Shown here piece after piece: positions 48,999-58,200 of a stretch of 64,000 nucleotides of DNA. A program made the position numbers and the translations under genes. Each line of letters begins with the position of its first letter. Positions within the stretch are counted from its first letter, which is position 1. This DNA comes from Desulfobacteraceae bacterium UBA2245. Its GTDB lineage: Bacteria > Desulfobacterota > Desulfobacteria > Desulfobacterales > UBA2245. Under the pieces are notes generated by a model that was not told the origin of the DNA, searched no databases, and saw nothing but the letters and a program-made list of their open reading frames with translations. Location of the stretch: contig DDYB01000032.1 in assembly GCA_002347265.1 (NCBI GenBank), positions 322,482 to 386,481 on the forward strand, in the 5' to 3' direction.

Positions 48999-49526
48999 CT
49001 ATTGTCTTAAAGCAACGGTGTACGCCGCTTCATTATAGCCGTGGATGCCTTCTCCATTTATGACGGCAAAAGGCACGCCCTTTCGGGAATCCAGCCGATC
49101 TTTTCGACGTGCGGCTGTTTCGTCTTTTTCAATATCGTATTCAACAAATACAATACCCCTGGACCGGAAAAAAGATTTGGCCTTCTCACACCAGGGGCAC
49201 CAGCTTGTCGTATACAGCTCAACCTTTGGCTTTTTCTTTTCCGGTTGATCCTGAATGGGATCCGCTGGCCTTGACCGGATGTCTTTGCTTTCCGAGGATT
49301 CATTTTCTGGTGAATACACGTTGTTTTCATTTGTTTTATACGTCGGGAACGTTTCGATCCTTAAATTCTCGGCGCCGGCAGGAGGCGTATCTGAAAAATG
49401 CGTTACCCTGTTTTTATCAACCCATTTATACATTTCCGCAACCGAAAGCTCCGCAAAAACACCGGACAAAAAGGCGGTCAAAAGAAGGCCCCAAAAGATG
49501 AAAATAAATCGAATTTGTTTTGTCAT
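48999..49526 (-). CDS. DUF4124-like + glutaredoxin-family protein (exported)
   Basis: Signal/TM segment, MYKWVDKNRVTHFSDTPP (DUF4124-like), and a C-terminal glutaredoxin fold with the WCPWC active site. Confidence 0.65.
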   Translation of the reverse strand: MTKQIRFIFIFWGLLLTAFLSGVFAELSVAEMYKWVDKNRVTHFSDTPPAGAENLRIETFPTYKTNENNVYSPENESSESKDIRSRPADPIQDQPEKKKPKVELYTTSWCPWCEKAKSFFRSRGIVFVEYDIEKDETAARRKDRLDSRKGVPFAVINGEGIHGYNEAAYTVALRQ

Positions 49527-49690
49527 TAGAATGTTTACTTTTGCAAAGAAGTAGTTAGCGGCACAGGATGGGATACCCCTGCACATCATTAAGGCTCTTA
49601 TTTATAACGCCCATTCCGACGGCACTTCGATGGTTCGAAGGGGCCGCTTCGAGCTGCTGGACAGGTTCGACCCGAAATCAGACACAGAAA

Positions 49691-49735
49691 ATTCGTTCAA
49701 GTTAATGAGATAATTAAGGACATCTCCAAAATTCC
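49691..49735 (+). repeat. R1 repeat, copy a (partial, ~89% identical to the core of copy b)
   Basis: attcgttcaagttaatgagataattaaggacatctccaaaattcc versus 51565..51609. Confidence 0.7.
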
Positions 49736-49756
49736 TCGAGAAAGGCGGCGGCCGGC

Positions 49757-50467
49757 TCACAACCGAGCCAGATACCCGGGCCCGCCCAGGGCTCTGACTG
49801 CAGCCTCGATTTCAAAGGCCCGCTTCCGAACGTACTCAGAAGGACGGTGCGCTGACATGCGTTTCGGGCTGGGAAGCACGGCGGCCAGAAGCGCTGCCTC
49901 ATGGGAGGTGATTCGGCTCGGATGCTTGCCAAAGAACAATCGACTCGCTGCATCAACTCCGTACACTCCCGGGCCAAACTCCACGACGTTGAGATAGACT
50001 TCCAGAATGCGGCGCTTCGGCCATGTGAACTCTATGATCACGGTGAAATAGGCTTCGAGAGCCTTGCGAAGCACGCTCCGGCCGGGCCAAAGGTACAGGT
50101 TCTTGGCAAGCTGCTGGGAGATTGTGCTGGCCCCGCGTCGGTGTCGGCGATCTTCCCGGAGCGCCTCCGAGAGCGACTGAAAGTCGAATCCATGGTGGTG
50201 CGGGAACTTCTGGTCTTCGGCCGCAACGACGGCGATGGGAAGAGCGAGGGAGATCTCATTCAGGGGAACCCACCGCTGGTGGATACGGCCTTTGTGGTGC
50301 AACCGGCCCTGAAGGATGAAGGCGGTCGTGGGGGGTGCGATCCAACGCCAGGGAAGGGTCAGCGCCATGCTGACAAGCATTACGACCCCGAGCGCCGTTG
50401 CGGCGTACCGTCGGAAACGCTTTTTGGGCTTTTTGGGGACGGGCATTGATATATTGGCATGAATCAT
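49757..50467 (-). CDS. mtgA: Monofunctional peptidoglycan glycosyltransferase
   Basis: GT51 motifs AAEDQKFPHHHGFD and GASTISQQLAKNLYL, with an N-terminal TM helix. The ATG at 50467 overlaps the transposase stop (ATGA) and lies inside the mobile element's end. Confidence 0.85.
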   Translation of the reverse strand: MIHANISMPVPKKPKKRFRRYAATALGVVMLVSMALTLPWRWIAPPTTAFILQGRLHHKGRIHQRWVPLNEISLALPIAVVAAEDQKFPHHHGFDFQSLSEALREDRRHRRGASTISQQLAKNLYLWPGRSVLRKALEAYFTVIIEFTWPKRRILEVYLNVVEFGPGVYGVDAASRLFFGKHPSRITSHEAALLAAVLPSPKRMSAHRPSEYVRKRAFEIEAAVRALGGPGYLARL

Positions 50468-51528
50468 TTCGGAACCTTGAGGTTCTTGTCTCTTACGATC
50501 TTTTCGCCCCGTTTTACCGATTGACTGGCCGTGGGTTGAGAAATGCCAAGCCTTCCGGCCAGTTCCACCGTGCTGAGGCCAAGCTCCCGAACTGCCCAGT
50601 AACATAGCACGCTGCGGGCTTCGACCGTGTCCGGATACCTTCCCGGTCGCGTAACAACATCCTGCTCTAAATTCAGCAGGGTTGCCACCTGGCCTGTCAG
50701 CCAATCCAGATCATGTCCTTTACCCTGATGATGGTAACGGCGCTCGAACTGCTGCAGACAGCTTTCCAAAACCTCTTGCACAAAATTGCCGTCCCCAAGG
50801 ATGCGTTCGTCTCCCTTTATGTGCTCTTTGGCTTTTCGCAAAGCCTTTGCGGCCGACCACCCGCCCAGACTTCGTATTAAACCGCCGCCGACCAAATCCG
50901 GCCTTTTCCCTTCGATGATGCCTTTCTCGACAAATTTGACGTACAAACGCCGCGCCTCGGATGCCTTTTCCCCGAATAAGGACAATATATACTGGGTGTT
51001 TTGCCAATCATTTTGGCACTTGCCGGCCAAGGCGCAATGCCCGCCATAGACGAATCCGTTCAAACTTTTATAATCAGGAACTAACCTGGCTCGCAAGGGG
51101 TTCAGGTGAATGTAGCGAACCAGTTCCTTCAGATAGGGATCTTTCTGGCAAAGAATGGACTTGTAGCGGTTCTGAAAAATGTGGCCGTGACGTCGATGCC
51201 GCCGATTGAATTGGACGGCGTATCCTGTCAGAAGCCTTCTCATGACTGTGGCAATTGGCGTAAGACCGGTGCGCAATAAAAGATGCGCGTGATTGGGCAT
51301 CAGAGCCCATGCAAAACAATCGGTGTGCGTATCAATCAATATCCGGCCGAGCCGGGTTACAAAGGCGTCGCGGTCCGCATCGTCATAGAAGATTTTGCGG
51401 CGCTCGATTCCGCGAAAAATAATGTGATGCAAGGCGCCCGGAGCGTCAATTCTGGATTTTCGTGGCATGCTGATTTAAATAGACGAAACGTAAAATCATG
51501 TCAATCAATATATCAATGCCCGTCCCCA
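50434..51528 (-). mobile_element. 1095 bp element: Y1 (IS200/RAYT-like) transposase gene bounded by perfect 23 bp inverted repeats
   Basis: 50434..50456 tggggacgggcattgatatattg is the exact reverse complement of 51506..51528 caatatatcaatgcccgtcccca. Confidence 0.75.
50464..51468 (-). CDS. IS200-like/REP-associated tyrosine (Y1, HUH) transposase with C-terminal DnaA-C-like HTH
   Basis: HHIIFRGIERRKIF...ALMPNHAHLLL (HUH motif)...FNRRHRRHGHIFQNRYKS (catalytic Tyr region). C-terminus AVRELGLSTVELAGRLGISQPTASQSVKRG. Confidence 0.8.
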   Translation of the reverse strand: MPRKSRIDAPGALHHIIFRGIERRKIFYDDADRDAFVTRLGRILIDTHTDCFAWALMPNHAHLLLRTGLTPIATVMRRLLTGYAVQFNRRHRRHGHIFQNRYKSILCQKDPYLKELVRYIHLNPLRARLVPDYKSLNGFVYGGHCALAGKCQNDWQNTQYILSLFGEKASEARRLYVKFVEKGIIEGKRPDLVGGGLIRSLGGWSAAKALRKAKEHIKGDERILGDGNFVQEVLESCLQQFERRYHHQGKGHDLDWLTGQVATLLNLEQDVVTRPGRYPDTVEARSVLCYWAVRELGLSTVELAGRLGISQPTASQSVKRGEKIVRDKNLKVPK

Positions 51529-51540
51529 ACTGCCCGCTAG

Positions 51541-51608
51541 GTTTTCAAATATCACAGACAGGGGAATCGTTCAAGTTGTTGAGATATTTAAGGACATCCC
51601 CAAAATTC
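51541..51608 (+). repeat. R1 repeat, copy b (68 bp)
   Basis: gttttcaaatatcacagacaggggaatcgttcaagttgttgagatatttaaggacatccccaaaattc. It differs from copy c at 3 of 68 positions. Confidence 0.85.
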
Positions 51609-51793
51609 CCTTGCCTGACGGCCTGATTCTTGTTTTTCAACACCCTGTTAGAACGTGCCGACAGCATCTCGCGGACAAGAGTATATTCTTCTTCAAGATC
51701 ATTATATGCCTTGCTGAATCCTTCCCGTCTTTGAGCTTTCTTGAGAAAAGCCTTGTGATCATGAGAAACAGGATCGTATTTCAATTCATCCAT
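51545..51793 (-). pseudogene. Possible truncated XRE-type antitoxin/regulator (N-terminal extension only)
   Basis: FLKKAQRREGFSKAYNDLEEEYTLVREMLSAR resembles the N-terminal extension preceding the HTH of many XRE antitoxins. The HTH is missing, and the ORF tail (GNFGDVLKYLNNLNDSP) is encoded by repeat R1. Confidence 0.3.
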
Positions 51794-52297
51794 TCTGCAC
51801 CTCAATCCGTGCATAATCGGCCAATATGCCGCAGGGGGGAAGATTCCGGTAGCTGACAAAATGACCGCTTTATAAGTTTGCGAATAAATCATTGAAATAT
51901 AAAGAAATATGTCTTGACTTTGCGTAAACAGCAACGTATCATTTCTCATAAACCGTAGGTACATCGCTATGGTCTTAAGTCAATGCGATACAGTTAATCG
52001 GGTTATAAGAATTTGAAGTGCAAAGGCGGCCACCATGCTCTTTAGATTCTTGGCGATTTTTTTATTTCTTTCATATTGGTAATTCGACTTTTGGTAAATT
52101 CTCAGATTGGTTATATATTGAAGAACTCCCTATCAGATTGCATGATTTGTCAAGGTAAATGCTATATACGCATACCGTGACCCACCCCCTCTTCGAATAA
52201 CACACCCCGTGATCACTGAGGAATGGGAGTCCAGGACGTTACCATATTCGCAATCCAGTGGATTTACGCTTAATCTCTCAACAAGGATATATTCAAC

Positions 52298-55200
52298 TTG
52301 GCGCCCCTCAGCACTACCATTATCGAGAGTCTGCACCACTTATGGGCGAACCTCCATGGAAAAAGCCCGGTGCACAAGCGCGTAGGTGATGAGCCACCCC
52401 TTAGATCGGAGTTGCTCAGCGCCCCCCAGATGGAGCAACACGGCAAGACCCTTGCCGCAGCACACACGTTGAGCGCAGGCCGTCCTTTAGAACAACTGTT
52501 GGCACGGCTGGGTGAGAATGAAGGCATACTCCTTAACGTTCGCGAGCTCCTGTCAGAAGCCATGAAAGAAAGCCGGAGGATTGCCCCGGCGGGGGAATGG
52601 CTCCTCGACAACTTCTACCTTATTGAAGAACAGATTCGCACGGCTAAAAGGTACTTGCCAAAGGGTTACAGCAAGGGACTGCCCTGCCTGAAAAAGGGTC
52701 CGTCAACAGGTCTTCCCCGTGTGTACGACATTGCCCTGGAGATGGTCGCCCACGGCGATGGCCGGGTGGATCCTGAGAGTCTCAACCGTTTCGTAGAAGC
52801 CTATCAGACAGTTACCGAGCTTACGCTGGGTGAATTATGGGCCATCCCCATCATGCTGCGCCTGGCTCTTATCGAGAATCTCCGGCGTGCGGCAGTGCGG
52901 ATTGCTGCCGGCAGGACTGCCCGGAACCTTGCCGATTACTGGGCGGATCAGCTTGTTGAGACCGCCGAGCGGAACCCGAAGAATTTAATCCTGGCCATTG
53001 CCGACATGGCGCGCTCGAAGCCACCCATGGTCAGTTCCTTTGTCGCAGAGCTTACACGCCGTCTGCAGGGTCGGGGGCCCGCTCTCGGATTGCCTCTCGC
53101 CTGGCTTGATCAGCAACTCTCCGGGTCAAGTCTTACGATTGAACAATTAGTACAGTCAGAAGCCCTGCAACAGGCGGAAGATCAGATTTCGATCAGCAAC
53201 AGTATCGGCAGCCTTCGTTTCCTGGGCGCCACGGATTGGCGCAAATTCGTCGAAACCATGAGCGTTGTCGAGCAGACCCTCTGCGAGGATCCGGCCTATG
53301 TGTATGGCAGGATGGATTTCGCCACTCGTGATTCATACCGTCACGTCGTGGAAAGGATAGCGAAGAGCAGTCCCTTGTCCGAAAACGAGGTGGCACGCGT
53401 TGCGATCCGTCTTGCCGGGGAGGGCGAAGGTAAGGTAACCAGTGACAGTCGGGCGAATCATGTCGGCTTCTACCTCATCGACAAAGGGTTGACTCAACTC
53501 GAAGGGCTTGCTGGGGCGCGCCTGTCTTTTTCCGAGGGGATTCGGAAAGTAATTCATCGATTTCCTTTGCTCTTTTATATTGGCACGATCTGTTTGCTTA
53601 CCGCGATCTTCACCGGGTATTTGCTTGCAGAGGCCAATTCCAACGGGGTACGCGGCCACTGGATGTGGATTATCGGCATAATCTCGGTTCTCTCTGTAAG
53701 CCAGTTAGCGATAGCCCTGGTAAACTGGCTTACGACACGCATCGTGGCGCCCCATGCCCTGCCCCGCATGGACTTCTCCAAAGGAATTCCTTCGGAATCG
53801 GCTACCCTGATCGTGGTTCCTACAATGATCACAAGCTCGGAGAGCATCGATCATCTGGTGGAGGCACTGGAGGTCAGATTCCTGGCCAATAGAGACAAAA
53901 ACCTTCGTTTTGGCCTGCTCACTGATTTTCGAGATGCCGAAGAGGAAATCCTGCCTGACGATGGGCCGCTCCTGGTGCTGGCCCGGCAGAGAATCGAAGA
54001 GTTGAACGAAAAATACAGAACTTCAAAAACCGACACCTTTTTTCTTTTCCATCGCCCACGCCGCTTCAATCCCCAGGACCATATATGGATGGGTTACGAA
54101 CGAAAGCGGGGGAAGCTTGCGGAACTGAATTCCTTTCTTCGTGGGGGCTCAAGAGAGTGCTTTTCGCTCATCGTTGGTAATACGGAAGGATTGGAGCAAG
54201 CGAAATACATCATTACACTGGACACGGATACACAACTACCCCGTGACGCGGCGTGGCAGCTTGTGGGGGCTATGGCACACCCGTTGAATCGTCCGCAATA
54301 CGATGAAAAGAAGCAACGTATCTGTGCTGGATACGGCATCCTTCAGCCACGGGTGGCCGTGAGTCTGCCCAGCACGAACCGGACACGTTATGCCCGCATG
54401 TGGGGAAGTGATGCAGGCATCGATCCCTATACCCGTGTTGTCTCTGATGTGTACCAGGACCTCTTTGGCGAGGGCTCCTTCATTGGCAAGGGCATCTATG
54501 AGATTGATGCGTTCGAGCAGGCCCTCAGGGGACGTTTTCCTGAGAACCGGATTTTGAGCCACGATCTCATCGAAGGGTGTTATGCGCGGGCTGGTCTTTT
54601 GAGCGATGTTCAGCTGTATGAGGAATACCCTGCTCGCTACAGCGCAGATGTGAGCCGCAGGCACCGATGGATTCGCGGGGATTGGCAGCTTTTTAGATGG
54701 CTGCTGCCGGGGGTTCCCGGCCCGGATGTGCGTTTTCAGAAGAATCCCCTGTCACTGCTTTCCCGATGGAAGCTTTTCGACAACCTTCGGCGCAGCCTCT
54801 TGCCTTTGGCGATGACCCTTCTGCTTCTCCTGGGCTGGACCGTTTTACCCATGCCCTGGTTCTGGACCCTGTCGGTGATGGGAATCGTCCTGATCCCCCC
54901 CTGGATTATGTCTCTCCTGGATCTTTTTCAGAAGTCAGATGATGTCCTTCCCAGTCAGCATATTCTCGCCACGATGCGGGGGAGCGGTATAAACCATGGC
55001 CAAGCTGTATTTACCCTCCTCTGCCTGCCCTATGAAGCATTTTTCAGTATGGACGCTGTTCTGCGCACCATTTGGCGGATGCTGACTGGTAACAAGCGGC
55101 TTCTCGAATGGAACCCTTCGGGCGACTCACATCGCACGAGCCGGAAGGACCTGGCCGGCGCCTACCGGACCATGTGGATAGCCCCGGTCATTGCCGTCGT

Positions 55201-58200
55201 TGCGGCGATCCATCTTGCACTTTACAGGCCGGAGGCTTTGGTCGTTGCCCTGCCTGTGCTCATCTTCTGGTTTCTCTCCCCCGGAGTAACATGGTGGACC
55301 AGTAAACCGCTTGGCCGCCGGAAGGAAAGACTCAGTTCAGAACAGATCAACTTTCTGAGAAAGATTTCCCGAAAGACCTGGTGCTTCTTCGAGACCTTCG
55401 TCGGCCCGGAGGATCATTGGCTTCCGCCCGACAACTATCAGGAAAATCCTTTTGCCAAGGTTGCCCATCGAACGTCGCCGACCAATATGGGGCTTGCACT
55501 CCTTGCCAATTTGTCCGCCTGGGATTTTGGCTACATTTCTACAGGACAGCTCATCGACCGCACGGCCAATGCGCTGCGCACCATGCGATCCATGGAGCGC
55601 CACAAGGGACACTTCTATAACTGGTACGATACAGAGTCTCTGGAACCGCTCCTGCCGATGTATATTTCGACTGTGGACAGCGGAAATATTGCGGCCCATC
55701 TTTTGACATTGCGGGCAGGGCTCTCTGCACTCCCTGATGAGAGGATCGTGGGGCCAAGGGTATTTGATGGGCTCCTCGATACGGCGCGAATTCTTCTGGA
55801 CGTCGCCGGTGAACCCGTTCCGCACCGGCTCTCTCGATTGCGGGAAGCGTTGGAGTCTCTTTGCGCCGCCAGTCCGAATACGCTTGCGGCTGCACGAGAG
55901 GTCCTTGGCGGGATCGCTTTGCCCGCCCTGGAAGGACTTCATGGCTTTGACGCCGCACCGGAAAGCCTGGCCGCAGAGTGGGCACGGGCCTTTACAGGTC
56001 AATGCAGGGCCGCCCTCGATGAGTTGGAATTTCTTGCGCCATGGATCGTACTGCCTCTCCCTTCCGAGGTGCTCGACACCTTCCCGGGTCTCGGCGAAAT
56101 TCCGACGCTGCGAGCATTGGCCAATTTTGACAAAGAGTTACTGCCGGCAATGACAGATCTTCACGCCGGGACTCCGAAGGAAAGTGAGCAGATTGATGCG
56201 CTTCGAGGAGCCATCATCGAGGCAAGCAACAGGGCCAGGGCGAGAATCGTCGCTATCGAAAAACTTGTAGCGCGATCCGGTTTACTTGCCCATATGGATT
56301 ATGACTTCCTCTATGACGAGACTCGCCATCTGTTGGCTATCGGCTACAACCTCAGTGACAACCGACGGGACGCGAGCTACTATGATCTACTGGCGTCGGA
56401 AGCGCGACTTTCCAGTTTTGTCGCCATTGCCCAGAGACAATTGCCGCAGGAAAACTGGTTTGCCTTGGGGCGCCTGCTCACCACCGCCGGCGGAGAACCG
56501 GTTCTCCTTTCCTGGAGCGGCTCCATGTTCGAATACCTCATGCCTCTCCTCGTCATGCCCACTTATGAGAAGACACTCCTCGACGAAACCTGTAAGGGCG
56601 CTGTGGCAAGACAGATCGAGTACGGGAAACAGCGGGGGGTGCCATGGGGTATTTCGGAATCCGGTTATAACATGATCGACGGTCATCTCAATTACCAGTA
56701 CAGCGCCTTTGGCGTGCCCGGCCTGGGGCTCAAACGCGGGTTCTCCGAGCTTGTTATTGCCCCCTATGCCTCAGCTTTAGCGCTCCTGGTAGCCCCTGAA
56801 GAGGCATGTCGCAATCTTGAGGAACTCTCCGCTCAGGGCATTGAGGGAAAGTATGGTTTTTACGAAGCCATTGACTACACCCCCTCCCACCTGCCCCACG
56901 GGAATGAGAGCGCGGTGGTTCGTTCCTTCATGGCCCATCATCAGGGCATGACCCTCCTCTCGCTGGCATCTTCGCTCCTCAACCGCCCCATGCAGAACCG
57001 ATTCGAGTCAGACCCCTCGTTTCGGGCAATTATGCTGTTGCTTCAGGAACGGGTGCCAAAGGCCACGGCCTTTTATTCACGAACGGCCGAACTTGCCGAG
57101 GTGGATGCAGTCTCACATGACATAGAAGATATGCCGGTGCGCGTTTACAAAAGCCCCGACACACCCATACCGGAAGTGCAGTTGTTGTCGAACGGGAGAT
57201 ATCACGTGATGATCACAAACGCAGGCGGCGGCTACAGCCAATGGAAAGACATGGCAGTGACGCGGTGGCGCGAAGACAGCACCTGCGATAACTGGGGTGC
57301 ATTCTGTTATATCCGTGACCTTTCAACCGGCACTTTCTGGTCAACGGCATACCAACCCACCCTAAAGCCTTCAAAGCAGTACGAAGCAATCTTCTCGGTA
57401 GGACGAGCAGAGTTTCGCCGCCGGGATCAGGACTTCGACACCCATACGGAGATTGTGATTTCACCTGAGGATGACATCGAGATGCGCCGAATCACCATCG
57501 CCAACCGGGCTCGGATGCAAAGAACAATTGAGGTAACGAGTTACTCGGAAGTTGTTCTTGCACCGCCCGCGCAGGACACGCTGCACCCGGCCTTCAGCAA
57601 TCTCTTTATCCAGACCGAGATCATCCGCGAGCAGAGGGCAATACTCTGCAAGCGCCGGCCCCGTTCCCTTGGAGAACAGTCGCCATGGATGTTCCATCTC
57701 ATGGCGGTGCACGGGGCCGAGACCGGTGAAGTATCCTATGAGACCGACCGGATGCGGTTTATCGGCCGTGGGAACACTCTTGCCGATCCGGAAGCGATGA
57801 GAGGTTCATCCGGGCTCTCGGACAATGAGGGCTCAGTGCTCGATCCGATTGTAGCGATCCGGCGTCAAATAACCCTCGATCCGGGGAAATCGGCAGTCAT
57901 CATTATCGTCACCGGGATCACCGAAACCCGGAATGCCTGCCTGGACCTTGTCAGGAAATACCAGGACCGGCATCTTGCCGATCGTGTCTTTGATCTGGCG
58001 TGGACCCATAGCCAGGTGCTGCTAAGACAGATCAATGCCACGGAAGCCGATGCGCAACTTTATGGACGTCTTGCCGCCTCTATCCTATACGCGAATTTGT
58101 CACTACGTGCCGATCCGGGGGCTATCATCAAAAACCGTCGTGGCCAATCCGGCCTCTGGGGATACTCTATCTCCGGCGATCTCCCCATCGTGCTATTGCG

